From Clostridium sp. CAG:1000 (GTDB lineage Bacteria; Bacillota_I; Bacilli_A; RF39; UBA660), in assembly GCA_000436975.1 (NCBI GenBank), contig HG000339.1:20796-84795 (forward strand): a stretch of DNA of 64,000 bases. Direction: 5' to 3'. This document shows, piece by piece, positions 1-10,514 of the stretch (position 1 is its first letter; every line of letters starts with the position of its first letter). The position numbers and the translations under genes are program-made. The notes under the pieces are model-generated. The model was not told the origin of the DNA and did no database searches. It worked only from the letters and a program-made list of their open reading frames with translations.

Positions 1-120
1 AATTGGTGGAAAAAGAACAAATTCATAATCTTTACTATTAATTTTATCAAACGAAGTCTTAAATTTAACCATATCATCATAAAGCATATAACTTTTTTGG
101 TTAAGTATAATCTTCTTCAT
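1..120 (-). CDS. triosephosphate isomerase-like protein, N-terminal part only (gene runs off the window start)
   Basis: Not in ORF track. ATG at 118-120 (minus) gives MKKIILNQKSYMLYDDMVKFKTSFDKINSKDYEFVLFPPI. It lies directly downstream of pgk as in gap-pgk-tpi operons, but the GNWKMN-type signature is divergent. Confidence 0.35.
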   Translation of the reverse strand, partial: MKKIILNQKSYMLYDDMVKFKTSFDKINSKDYEFVLFPPI

Positions 121-129
121 AAAAACCTC

Positions 130-1269
130 CTAACCTTGTAATCTTTCAAGTGTTTTAAATCTTTTTCCCTCTAAATATTCTAATGTTGCTCCACCACCTG
201 TAGATACAAATGTAAATTTAGCCCCAAGTTTCTTTGCACAAGCTACAATATCACCACCGGCTAAAATTGTAACAATTGATTGCTTATTTAAATATGTCAT
301 TAAAGATTTAGTGCCCTCAGCAAATCTTTCATCTTCATATTTTCCCAAAGGTCCATTCCATAATACTAAATTACTATCAAATATTGCTTCTTTATATTTA
401 GAAATAGTTTTGGGACCTATATCGTATAAAATGTCATCATCGCTGATGTTTTCAACTTCTACCACACCATGTTCAGAAACAAAGTCGACAGGAAGTATTA
501 TTTTTTTACCATTTGTTTCTAATAGATTTTTAGCATACTCAAGTTTATCTTCTACCACTTCATTTTTACCTACATTATATCCTTTCGCTTTTAGGAATGT
601 AAAGCACATAGCACCACCAAGTAATAATTTGTCACATGTATTTATTAAATTATTTATTACATCTATTTTATCATCAACTTTGCCTCCACCAAGTATCATT
701 GTTTTCCTTTGATGAATTGCTTTATTAAGCATAGTAACTTCTTCTTCAACTAAAAATCCGGCATAAGATTTTAAATACTTACTGATACCATATGTTGAAG
801 CATGACATCTGTGAGAAGAACCAAAAGCATCAAAAACAAATATATCTCCTAAACTAGCCCAATATTTAGATAATGCTTCATCACAAGAACTTTCAAGTGA
901 TTTGGGATAATCTTCAAATCTAGTATTTTCAACAAGCACTATTTCACTAGGCTCTAAATTTTCTATTGTTTTTTCAAGAATATCTCCTCTTGTTACAGGT
1001 ACAAAATAAACCGGAGCATTTACTAAAGTAGATAAATGTTTTGCAACTATTTCAAGAGAATATTTTTCTTTATCCTCTTTAGTTTTAATTCTTCCTAAAT
1101 GAGATAATAATATTACTTTGGCATTATGATCCAAAAGATATTTTATTGTTTTCAAGCTTGACACAATTCTTGTATCATCGACTATCTTACCATTCTCTAT
1201 TGGAACATTAAAATCCACTCTTACTATAACTTTTTTTCCATTAACATTAGCTTTTTTAATACTCTCCAT
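130..1269 (-). CDS. pgk: phosphoglycerate kinase
   Basis: 379 aa. N-terminus KKVIVRVDFNVPIENGKIVDDTRI and C-terminal STGGGATLEYLEGK are typical PGK motifs. Confidence 0.95.
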   Translation of the reverse strand: MESIKKANVNGKKVIVRVDFNVPIENGKIVDDTRIVSSLKTIKYLLDHNAKVILLSHLGRIKTKEDKEKYSLEIVAKHLSTLVNAPVYFVPVTRGDILEKTIENLEPSEIVLVENTRFEDYPKSLESSCDEALSKYWASLGDIFVFDAFGSSHRCHASTYGISKYLKSYAGFLVEEEVTMLNKAIHQRKTMILGGGKVDDKIDVINNLINTCDKLLLGGAMCFTFLKAKGYNVGKNEVVEDKLEYAKNLLETNGKKIILPVDFVSEHGVVEVENISDDDILYDIGPKTISKYKEAIFDSNLVLWNGPLGKYEDERFAEGTKSLMTYLNKQSIVTILAGGDIVACAKKLGAKFTFVSTGGGATLEYLEGKRFKTLERLQG

Positions 1270-1835
1270 TATTTTTCCCCACTTTCATATTTATTATATA
1301 TATTTAAAGCGTTATCTTTAAGTTTCTCTAAAGTAGTATTACAAATTTCAATATCAAAATCATTAAAATCATCTAAATCAATCTCTGTCGGATGATTCTT
1401 TTGTTCTTCAGTAAGACCATTATCAAAATCAGGCCTATTTATATGAATTGTTATTAACTGTGGATAAGCTTTTTTAAGATCATTAATTTCTTTTTTAAGT
1501 CTAACATCACTAATTATAATCGCATCATAGAAATATGAAAATATTTCTATGTCATCTATCATCCTATTAATAAACAAATCGTCTTTTTTTAATTTTTGTC
1601 TTATTACATTAGTTCCAAGTTGTTGTAAAAATTCTCTAGGCTTAGTTTCTTCACTTAAATCCCATCCTGTCATTTCACGAGCATAATATTTAATATACTT
1701 TGCGAGCTGAGTTACTATAACTTTCTTACCATGGCTTTCATATGCCTCTTTTAAATAAGCAGAAAATGTATCTTTCCCATGCTTTGCTTTACCACCTACA
1801 ATAAATATTCTAGGATTCTTGTTTCTTATTTCCAT
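1269..1835 (-). CDS. P-loop kinase-like protein (dNMP-kinase-like)
   Basis: 188 aa with a Walker-A-like GGKAKHGKDT near the N-terminus. Family assignment is from memory only. Confidence 0.4.
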   Translation of the reverse strand: MEIRNKNPRIFIVGGKAKHGKDTFSAYLKEAYESHGKKVIVTQLAKYIKYYAREMTGWDLSEETKPREFLQQLGTNVIRQKLKKDDLFINRMIDDIEIFSYFYDAIIISDVRLKKEINDLKKAYPQLITIHINRPDFDNGLTEEQKNHPTEIDLDDFNDFDIEICNTTLEKLKDNALNIYNKYESGEK

Positions 1836-2874
1836 CTTTAACCTCCTTAGTATTTTCTGGCAATATCATCCACGCATTAGGTAAATATCTTTCACCAGAA
1901 TATCCATATCCCACAGGTGTATTGATAAGTTTACCATTAGCATACATTGCACTACTACCACCACCATCAAGATTAGCAGCATTATAAGCCTTATATCTAA
2001 CGAATATATCTTTGAGTTCAGTCATAGATATACCAAACGAATCTTTACTTCGGCCATCAATACATAGTAGTAGAACAATTCCATCTTGTCTTTGACCTAT
2101 TGCGCTTCTGTTAGCAATTCCCCAGCCACCATTTCCTTTAAATTCGCTTTCTTTTCCGTTAACTATTAAGAAAGGTCCAAATTCAACAGCTCTGTCCATT
2201 CCATCTTTTATAGCTTCTGCGGCTGATTTTTTGGTAAGCATCAATACATTATCTTTTGTAAATCCTATAAGACCTCCACCTTTATTTATTTTTTTACCTA
2301 CATATTTAACTTTGCCATCTAAAATTGTAGTACCGGTATTTCTATTACCATATTTTGTAAATACACCCGATGCATTCATCGCCACTAGTGCGTTATTGTT
2401 CTTTGCCATTGTTGACAAATACTCTCCACCAGCACCAAAACCTTTAGAAAATACAAGTCTTAATTTGGAAGGTTTATATACAACAACCATATAGCCCTTC
2501 CATTTGCTTCCACTTATATTTACAAGTTTATATATATCATTATTTTTATCTCTTTTTAGTACTTGCTCTTCATAAATACTTTCATAAGTACCAGTATCCA
2601 AAACAGGTTTAGTATTAATTTTACTAATGTCAGTAGGGCTGTCAGATTCAATTATCTTGTTGTTAGCAAGTATCTTTTCTACCATTTCCTCACTATATAA
2701 AACATAGGCAAAATATTTATGATTCATAGTTGTCATCGCGGTAGTAACTAAATAGTCTCTAAAGAATGAAAACGGACCATATGCCAAAAAGAAGCAGATA
2801 AGAACTATAACATCTACTATTATTAAAGCAATACTAAATTTACTATTTTTACTACTCTTACTTTTTTTAGCCAT
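1810..2874 (-). CDS. phosphodiester glycosidase family protein (NAGPA/DUF2233-like), membrane anchored
   Basis: 354 aa with an N-terminal TM helix and a C-terminal ANLDGGGSSAMY motif typical of this family. Confidence 0.6.
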   Translation of the reverse strand: MAKKSKSSKNSKFSIALIIVDVIVLICFFLAYGPFSFFRDYLVTTAMTTMNHKYFAYVLYSEEMVEKILANNKIIESDSPTDISKINTKPVLDTGTYESIYEEQVLKRDKNNDIYKLVNISGSKWKGYMVVVYKPSKLRLVFSKGFGAGGEYLSTMAKNNNALVAMNASGVFTKYGNRNTGTTILDGKVKYVGKKINKGGGLIGFTKDNVLMLTKKSAAEAIKDGMDRAVEFGPFLIVNGKESEFKGNGGWGIANRSAIGQRQDGIVLLLCIDGRSKDSFGISMTELKDIFVRYKAYNAANLDGGGSSAMYANGKLINTPVGYGYSGERYLPNAWMILPENTKEVKDGNKKQES

Positions 2875-4234
2875 TATTCTCTCCTAATACAAATGGACTC
2901 TTTTCACTTCCATCTCCAGATAATATATCAAGACTACTTTTTAAATATAAACAAGGCCTTAAATTATACGTTGATGTTACTAAGTCTCCATAAAAGTTTC
3001 CCTCTGCGCTAATTACATCTATTGATTTATTATCGCCGATACCTTTACTTAATAGGAAAACATTTTTAACATCATTTATATACATATCTCCTAGGGAAAG
3101 CATGCCCACGTTAGCATTTAATACAGTTTTATAAGCATCAAGAAAACTTAGTGTTTCTGTGTTTAACTCCCCTACAGGCCATGAACTCTTAACGATATAC
3201 TTATTATTTTTAAGAGTCTTATAATAATTATTATTTAAATAATATCCTACATTATCTTTATTTAAAGAATAAGTGTTATTAGAACCAAACTTCTTAGCCA
3301 CAATCTTTCCATTTTCTTTTATAGCTTCGCTTTGAGCTATTTTAATTTTACCATTTTCTATTCCAATAACTTTAAAGCTAGTATTGGAATATTTAACAAA
3401 TGATCCCACATAGACATCCGATAATTTTTTAATGTCATGGCTTTCTATTTTATATGGATTTTCTTTAGTACCATTACCACTTATTATCTCACTACTACCA
3501 GAAAATGTTATAACTGCTCTTACTCCTAATGCTTTTCTATTAGTATTATCAAGTGCAATCTCCCCACTGCTGGTAACATAATAGTTAGAATTATTATTAT
3601 CAACGGTACTTAAGAAATAAGAGTCTTTAATATTTAAGAAACTTTCTTTACCACCAGAAACATAATAATCATATAATGATAAAATACCAATCTTATGTTT
3701 TTCATTCGCTTTATCACAAGTTATTTTAGTTAAATCATCTATTTTGTCATCACACATAGATGTATTTATTAACAAACTATCACTGTTAAATAAATTATTC
3801 TCAAATATACCACTATTTTTAATAGCTGATTTATTTAACCACGTATTAATATTAGAAAGAGAAAAACCATTTTTCAAATTTCCATACATAATCGTTAAAC
3901 TACTATCTGATACAGCCTTAATTTTATTATCTTTATCAACAGATAGAATTCTAAATAATATACCAGAATATTCTAAATAGTTATCGTTAGTATTTCCCTT
4001 GAACGTATATGTCTTAGTATCATCATCATAAACAAGACCATTATTTATATCAACATAACTTCTTTTTTTAATAATGCTATCTACAATCAAATTAGATTCA
4101 TCAACCGTATTATGTTCTTTATTATAATAAATAATTAGTCTGGTAACATAAAATATAACAATAATAAATAACACTAATATATTTAGTGCTACTAATACGG
4201 GTGTAATTTTAAGTCTCTTTCTAGTCTTAGCCAT
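2867..4234 (-). CDS. membrane-anchored extracellular protein, function unknown
   Basis: 455 aa with an N-terminal TM helix, Asn/Ser rich. Overlaps both neighbours, suggesting an operon with the CotH cluster. Confidence 0.5.
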   Translation of the reverse strand: MAKTRKRLKITPVLVALNILVLFIIVIFYVTRLIIYYNKEHNTVDESNLIVDSIIKKRSYVDINNGLVYDDDTKTYTFKGNTNDNYLEYSGILFRILSVDKDNKIKAVSDSSLTIMYGNLKNGFSLSNINTWLNKSAIKNSGIFENNLFNSDSLLINTSMCDDKIDDLTKITCDKANEKHKIGILSLYDYYVSGGKESFLNIKDSYFLSTVDNNNSNYYVTSSGEIALDNTNRKALGVRAVITFSGSSEIISGNGTKENPYKIESHDIKKLSDVYVGSFVKYSNTSFKVIGIENGKIKIAQSEAIKENGKIVAKKFGSNNTYSLNKDNVGYYLNNNYYKTLKNNKYIVKSSWPVGELNTETLSFLDAYKTVLNANVGMLSLGDMYINDVKNVFLLSKGIGDNKSIDVISAEGNFYGDLVTSTYNLRPCLYLKSSLDILSGDGSEKSPFVLGENNG

Positions 4235-4245
4235 TATAATACTTC

Positions 4246-4929
4246 CTAATCTCCAAAATCATTTTGATATGCTATTAAACTAGCATTAATAAGCCCATCA
4301 ACATTACTAAATTGATCAACCATTTTTGTTTCAATATCACCATTTTTATCTTTAACATCAACTTCTAATGATAATTCAACTTTACCACCGAATATAGATT
4401 TACTTCTAACTTTAAACTTCTTGATATTTTTTAATTTTCGCATAACATCATTATGAGCACTTGCCTCATATTTAAGAACCAATAAATATCTACTAGCAGT
4501 TTTGAAACCCATTAAATAACTAGCAAAATATAAAATACCTATTCCTAATGAAGCTGCCAAAGCAGGAATATATAAACCAGCACCAGCCATTATTCCGGCA
4601 GCTATTCCCCAGAACATAAATCCAGTATCAACAGGCTCTTTAACAGCAGTTCTAAATCTTACAATAGATAAAGCACCTACCATACCTAAAGATAAAGAGA
4701 TGTTAGAACTAATTGTTCTTATGATAATTGAAGTTACCATACAAAGCATCAATATACATAATGAAAATGCTTTTGAATAAACAACCCCTGTATAAGTCTT
4801 CTTATAAACATAGATTATAAATAACCCAATTACAAATGCCACCAGTAGAGATAAAAGTATACTTCCCACAGATATAGTTCCTGTAAAATTTTCCAAAACA
4901 GATTTTTTAATAGTATCAACTACACTCAT
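4246..4929 (-). CDS. DUF4956 domain membrane protein
   Basis: 227 aa, multi-TM, with the motif VRFRTAVKEPVDTGFMFWGIAAG. Usual partner of VTC-domain and CotH genes. Confidence 0.6.
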   Translation of the reverse strand: MSVVDTIKKSVLENFTGTISVGSILLSLLVAFVIGLFIIYVYKKTYTGVVYSKAFSLCILMLCMVTSIIIRTISSNISLSLGMVGALSIVRFRTAVKEPVDTGFMFWGIAAGIMAGAGLYIPALAASLGIGILYFASYLMGFKTASRYLLVLKYEASAHNDVMRKLKNIKKFKVRSKSIFGGKVELSLEVDVKDKNGDIETKMVDQFSNVDGLINASLIAYQNDFGD

Positions 4930-4941
4930 TTAATTCACTCC

Positions 4942-5625
4942 TCACTTAATACTTCTACATATAGCAAACTTACTCACAGCCTCTCGAACCGACGGAACTG
5001 TACTTAATATATTTGCTATATGAGAAGGTAATACCTCATTATATTTAACTTCCAATACTTGTTTATCATTTTCAATAACCCTATATGTTGGACTTTTATC
5101 ATCAAACAAATCATAATTATAAAGTCCGCTTTTAATGTTAGAATCAAATGTAATTCTAACATCACTTACCGGATAAATAAATGCTACTCTATTATATTCA
5201 ACTATAATAGATGGAAGTAATCCCTTTAGTTTAATATCATTTAGAAATTCTTCAAGTAATCCTTCAGGATTTTTAATCTCATTTATTTTACCATTTAATA
5301 TTTTACTATATATGCCTTTTGAAATCAACATCTGTTCCTTAGAAGTTAAATTATTATGCTTCATTTTTTTCTCAAGTCTTATAAAATTATCATCATCATT
5401 ATATGTTCTAATTCTGAACTTCTTCCTATACAAAACACCATCAAGTTTTTCGTAATAAGAGTTAGAATTTATGTCATCAAAATATAAGCTTTTAATAACA
5501 TATGATCCATCAGATAAAGCATTTTTATCCTTATCTAATATTAATGATAACTGACTTTTTAAAACCTCAGCACACCCATTAGATATTTTAAATTTTAACT
5601 CATGCCTATATTTATATTTTTTCAC
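4942..5625 (-). CDS. VTC (polyphosphate-polymerase-like, CYTH-type) domain protein
   Basis: 227 aa starting YRHELKF, soluble, overlapping the CotH gene end. Confidence 0.6.
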   Translation of the reverse strand: MKKYKYRHELKFKISNGCAEVLKSQLSLILDKDKNALSDGSYVIKSLYFDDINSNSYYEKLDGVLYRKKFRIRTYNDDDNFIRLEKKMKHNNLTSKEQMLISKGIYSKILNGKINEIKNPEGLLEEFLNDIKLKGLLPSIIVEYNRVAFIYPVSDVRITFDSNIKSGLYNYDLFDDKSPTYRVIENDKQVLEVKYNEVLPSHIANILSTVPSVREAVSKFAICRSIK

Positions 5626-8534
5626 TTAACATCACCAAAATACTTATTCATATCACTATTAGAAAGGCCAAAAAATGATTTGGCTTGACTTACCATATAT
5701 TTATTTCTCTTACGAGCAAAATTTTTCATTGAACTAACATTACTTTTCCACTCGTCATAAGAAGCAACATTCCATCTACTCAAGTTTCTCTTAATTTCAT
5801 CCTCACTAATCTCATTAATTACTGAATCTATTTTCTTTATAACGTTATCACTATTCCATGTGTTTTTAAGATTATATGAAAGTCTTTCAACAAATGTCTT
5901 CTTAAACTCACTACTTTTTAATAAATTTCTAAGAAGAGTTGTCGGAAAATTTCCATATCCAATACCTGAAGGTGTAGTATAATATTTATAATAATTAACA
6001 TCCACATTATAAAATGCAGAGTCTAAATCATAATATATAAATTTCCATTTTCCAGAATCAACTAACGGATTAGAAAAATATCTCATATTTACTATATCAT
6101 AGTTAGATGGCCATATTTCAGAAATCCAGAAATCACAATAACCCACTATATCTATTTGCTCTTTGATTTTATTATAATTTTTCACATCACTAAGAGTGTT
6201 GCTATTAGTGAAACTGACCATTTTATTATATTTAGTATTTGTACCTATTTTAACCTCTCCATCTATTCTTAATAAATCAGTGTTTTCTTTTGTTGCTTTA
6301 ACATTATAATGATTTGATATAAAAGATTCATCTACCTTTTCTCTTATAAAATATAATCCCCAATATTCACCATTCAGATATAAAGCAACTGGTTTATATG
6401 CTTGAACATCAACATCAGTATATTCACCAACTAAAGATGTCGCAACTATATCTCTAATCAATGTTTTTTTTGACCATTCAAATTCATCTTGACTGCCGGT
6501 TCTTAATACCAATGAATCAAATACAGAACTGTCTACAGTATCAAATACCTTATATTTTAAACTTCCTTCTCCATATTTTTTCTTAAATTTTATTTCATAA
6601 CTTTTCTTCTTATAACTTCTAGTAGACCCACCAAAAAGTTTTAACCCAGCACCAATAGAAAATCCAGTACCCTCAGAATCAAAGTACTCAACAAAGCAAG
6701 GCTCGATTACACTACTATTTAAGGCTGTATGAGTATTGACATTTGAGAGTGCTTTTTTATCAATAGAAATAGACATTACATTTATTTTATGATTCTCATT
6801 CAATATATAAGAATATGTATTAGTCTTACTTTGAAGTTTTCCATTATCTTTACTCATAGTTCTTAAAACAGTAGTCTTCTTTATAGTTAGAGGACTACTG
6901 TATACTTTTGAAGAAGTTGTTGGAACTGAACCATCTAATGTGTAATAAATTTTATCTCCACCAGTTAATGCAACCTCAATAGAATCTGTTTTATTATATA
7001 CACCACTTTTCTTATTAGCGGTTGGTAAATAAGATATGCTCATCGTACCATTTGAATTTTTTGCTTTTGGTGTTGGCTTACTAAAATAATATATACCATC
7101 ATCACTTTTACCAATTGAATATCCTGAAGGCACTTCTGATATGAATAAAGTATCAATTATTTTTCTGTCTTTTGTTAGATATAAACTTTCTACACTTGAT
7201 AATTTAAACGGAGCGTGTACATAAGAATCATTACTAAGATTTGTTTCGCCAGATGCCATTACTATATAGTACTCACCTTTTTTTAGTTCAATTTTAGGTA
7301 ATTTAAATTCACAAATTGAATTAATACTTGTAGTTAAACAATAATCACTTAATTTAATAGTTTTATTGCTATTATTATATAACTCAATCCAATCATAATA
7401 ATTTCCACCATTTTGAGGTAAATATTCATAATTAGAATTCATTGCTTCGTTTATAATTAAATCTTTTGGCGCTTTAATATATTCACTTTGAAATTTCATT
7501 TGTCCATCTACTGTATTAGGATATCCCGGTGTAATGCTAGAACTTTGTGCAAAACCATTTTCTGTTCTAACATACGCCATACCATTTCCTAAATTATTGT
7601 ATTCTACTCTATCAATTACTTTACCTTTATTATTTGAGAGTACTGCATAACCATTTTTACTCTTTAGTTTAAATCCTGTACTTAGTTCACCTTTTTTGCT
7701 ACTAGTACCACTAGTATAAATAACTAATGTTTCACCAGAAGTTATTACTCTATTTGGAAATTGCCATTTAAAGCTACAATCAACATCATTTGATAAACTA
7801 TAATTTTCCAAATTAATACTTTTATTTGATACGTTTATTATTTCAATATAACCACTGTATTCACCATTTTTATTTTTAAAATTTCCTTTATTATTAGCAA
7901 GTATCTCATTTATTTTTAAATCAGAGTCCCCCTCTGCCATTAATGATTTAAGAAATTCTTTATGTCCCTTTAAGTTATTAGTAAAACCAGGTGTTGGATT
8001 TTCTATTACCCATAGCCCATTTTCATCTCTTGCCATTACACTTCCGGAATCAAGAGAAACAGTTTTAACAGCATCTATTACTTTACCATTTGGTCTAAAT
8101 AATGAAACAACTTCTCCGCCGCTAGATTTAAGTTTAAATGATGCGTTTAATCCATCTAATTTCTTACCACTTAAAAATACAACAATATATGATTTTGCCT
8201 TAATAGTTGTTTTAGGAAATATCCATTTAACTTTATTATTTTCATCCCCAAGACCATAATCCTTAAGTTCAATATCTTTATCACTACCATTATATAATTC
8301 TAAATAGTCATATATGCCGCCATCAAAAGATGCTATTGTTCCATTGTTCCCAGTCATTATCTCATTAATAACGAGAGACTTAACCGATGTCTCTTTATTA
8401 TCTAGTTCTTTCTTTTCAAGAGAATTACTATTTTTATCTTTAAATATACCAAGTAATATAAAAATGACTAATAAAAGCCCACTAATTACAAAAAATGATA
8501 TGTTATTTTTAAATTTCTTAACATTAAATTTCAT
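5622..8534 (-). CDS. CotH kinase family protein with N-terminal lamin-tail-like repeats
   Basis: 970 aa with an N-terminal TM helix. Repeated segments (INEIMT.., INEILANN.., INEAMNSN..) resemble LTD domains; the C-terminal half is CotH-like. Confidence 0.65.
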   Translation of the reverse strand: MKFNVKKFKNNISFFVISGLLLVIFILLGIFKDKNSNSLEKKELDNKETSVKSLVINEIMTGNNGTIASFDGGIYDYLELYNGSDKDIELKDYGLGDENNKVKWIFPKTTIKAKSYIVVFLSGKKLDGLNASFKLKSSGGEVVSLFRPNGKVIDAVKTVSLDSGSVMARDENGLWVIENPTPGFTNNLKGHKEFLKSLMAEGDSDLKINEILANNKGNFKNKNGEYSGYIEIINVSNKSINLENYSLSNDVDCSFKWQFPNRVITSGETLVIYTSGTSSKKGELSTGFKLKSKNGYAVLSNNKGKVIDRVEYNNLGNGMAYVRTENGFAQSSSITPGYPNTVDGQMKFQSEYIKAPKDLIINEAMNSNYEYLPQNGGNYYDWIELYNNSNKTIKLSDYCLTTSINSICEFKLPKIELKKGEYYIVMASGETNLSNDSYVHAPFKLSSVESLYLTKDRKIIDTLFISEVPSGYSIGKSDDGIYYFSKPTPKAKNSNGTMSISYLPTANKKSGVYNKTDSIEVALTGGDKIYYTLDGSVPTTSSKVYSSPLTIKKTTVLRTMSKDNGKLQSKTNTYSYILNENHKINVMSISIDKKALSNVNTHTALNSSVIEPCFVEYFDSEGTGFSIGAGLKLFGGSTRSYKKKSYEIKFKKKYGEGSLKYKVFDTVDSSVFDSLVLRTGSQDEFEWSKKTLIRDIVATSLVGEYTDVDVQAYKPVALYLNGEYWGLYFIREKVDESFISNHYNVKATKENTDLLRIDGEVKIGTNTKYNKMVSFTNSNTLSDVKNYNKIKEQIDIVGYCDFWISEIWPSNYDIVNMRYFSNPLVDSGKWKFIYYDLDSAFYNVDVNYYKYYTTPSGIGYGNFPTTLLRNLLKSSEFKKTFVERLSYNLKNTWNSDNVIKKIDSVINEISEDEIKRNLSRWNVASYDEWKSNVSSMKNFARKRNKYMVSQAKSFFGLSNSDMNKYFGDVK

Positions 8535-8614
8535 AATAAAACTCCTATTATAATTATATAATAATAAGAGTTTCTTTTCTATAAAATTTTGTATATATTT
8601 TAAAACTTTACACT

Positions 8615-10417
8615 CTATTCAACAGTTACAGATTTAGCAAGATTTCTCGGTTTATCAATATCACATTTTCTTAGCTTAGCAACTTCATACGAAAGTAATT
8701 GACATGAAACCATAAGAAGTAAATTTTGAACATATTCACTAGTTAATGGAATAACTATTTCGTAATCAGCAACATTTTTTTCAATATTTATGGATTCTTT
8801 TCTTATTATGATAATTTTTGCCTTACGACTTTTTGCTTCAAGAACATTGCTCAAAGTCTTTTCATATACTGAAAATTCTGTCATAAGTGCTATTACTGGA
8901 GTATTCTTTGATAATAAAGCTATGGGACCATGTTTAAGCTCACCAGCAGCAAAGCACTCGCTGTGTATATATGATATTTCTTTTAATTTTAAACTTGCTT
9001 CATAACAACTATATATATCTATACCACGACCAATGTAATATATATCATCAGATTTATATATTGCTTTAGCTATAATTTTGTAATTAGGATTTTCTATAAC
9101 TTTTTTTATTAATTGAGGTAATTTCTTAAACTCTTCAAATATTCTAAGAACCTCATCTTTTTTAATAATTCTTTTAGAGTACATATATTTTAACATAAGC
9201 AAACTACATAAATAACTTTGAGCAAAATATCCTTTAGTAGTCGCAACACATATCTCAGGACCAGCGAGCATAGGCATTACATATTTAGCTTCTCTTGCTA
9301 TTGTAGAAGACACCACATTTACTATTGCTAATGTATCTATACATTTACTATTACACATTCTAAGAACAGCAAGAGTATCAGCAGTCTCACCACTCTGTGA
9401 TATTAATACAACTAAAACATCTTTATCAAAATAATGATTAGTATATCTATATTCACTAGCTACATAACAATTAACATAAAAATCTTTTGATGAACAATAT
9501 TTATCAGCAAAATATTTAGCAACTAATGATGCATTATAAGCACTACCACATGCTACGAAATCTATTCTTTTGTATTTAGTTAAATCAATAACTAAATCAG
9601 AAAATTTATCATTAGGAATATACTTAGAATATAATTTTTTAGCAAGTTCTTCTTGCTCATTAATTTCTTTAAGCATATAGTGGTCATAACCATTTTTATT
9701 AGCAGTTTCCCTATCCCAACTAGCTGTTTCTATTTTCTTCTTTATTATTACACCATCATAATAAATATTAAAGTCTTTATCAGCTTCAACTATTTCGTTA
9801 TCATCTAAATATATATATTTATTTGTATAATCTATTATTGCACTTATATCGCTAGCAATAAAATGTTCTTTAGAACCTATGCCTAATACTAAAGGGGCAT
9901 CTTTTCTAACGCCATATATTTTAGATACACCCTCAAAAATAACACCAATCGCATAACTTCCTTTTAATTTATGAATTGCTTTATCAATTGCTTCAACTGG
10001 GTTAGTTCCATCATAAAATGAATCTATTAATGCAGCAATCCTTTCACTATCAGTATCTGATTTAAAAGAATACTTGCTCTTTAGTTCTCTTTCTATTTCT
10101 TTATAATTTTCAATTATTCCGTTGTGTACAACACTTACTTTGTTAACAACTTGTGGATGTGCATTTAATTCACTAACTTCACCATGAGTTGCCCATCTTG
10201 TATGGCCTATACCACACGTAGAGTTATTTAAATCAATCTTTTTTAATTTCTTTTTTAAATTCTCAATTTTACCAACAGATTTAACTGTTCTTATCTTATT
10301 ATTATCAAGTACACTAATACCTGCAGAATCATATCCACGGTATTCTACACACTCAAGTCCATGTATTATTACACTACCTATATTCTTCTTTCCAACATAA
10401 CCTATTATTCCACACAT
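8615..10417 (-). CDS. glmS: glutamine--fructose-6-phosphate aminotransferase
   Basis: MCGIIGY N-terminal nucleophile and tandem SIS domains. I place the start at ATG 10415-10417, preceded by AAGGAG; the ORF-track start at 10447 is 10 codons upstream. Confidence 0.95.
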   Translation of the reverse strand: MCGIIGYVGKKNIGSVIIHGLECVEYRGYDSAGISVLDNNKIRTVKSVGKIENLKKKLKKIDLNNSTCGIGHTRWATHGEVSELNAHPQVVNKVSVVHNGIIENYKEIERELKSKYSFKSDTDSERIAALIDSFYDGTNPVEAIDKAIHKLKGSYAIGVIFEGVSKIYGVRKDAPLVLGIGSKEHFIASDISAIIDYTNKYIYLDDNEIVEADKDFNIYYDGVIIKKKIETASWDRETANKNGYDHYMLKEINEQEELAKKLYSKYIPNDKFSDLVIDLTKYKRIDFVACGSAYNASLVAKYFADKYCSSKDFYVNCYVASEYRYTNHYFDKDVLVVLISQSGETADTLAVLRMCNSKCIDTLAIVNVVSSTIAREAKYVMPMLAGPEICVATTKGYFAQSYLCSLLMLKYMYSKRIIKKDEVLRIFEEFKKLPQLIKKVIENPNYKIIAKAIYKSDDIYYIGRGIDIYSCYEASLKLKEISYIHSECFAAGELKHGPIALLSKNTPVIALMTEFSVYEKTLSNVLEAKSRKAKIIIIRKESINIEKNVADYEIVIPLTSEYVQNLLLMVSCQLLSYEVAKLRKCDIDKPRNLAKSVTVE

Positions 10418-10496
10418 ATAATTCTCCTTATATAAATTATAAAACATTAAAATAATTATTTCAGCAAATTGGACATAATTTTACATAGCAAAATAA

Positions 10497-10514
10497 AAGA
10501 ACAATATTGTTCTT
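10497..10514 (-). terminator. intrinsic terminator after gap
   Basis: Hairpin AAGAACAATATTGTTCTT overlapping the gap stop codon, followed on the minus strand by a T-rich run. Confidence 0.6.

Noticed and set aside
10418-10512. glmS ribozyme expected upstream of glmS in many Firmicutes.
   Set aside because: Only about 95 nt separate glmS from gap. That stretch is filled by a terminator hairpin, a TTGCTG/TATAAT promoter and the RBS. It is too short for the ribozyme and has no recognisable core.
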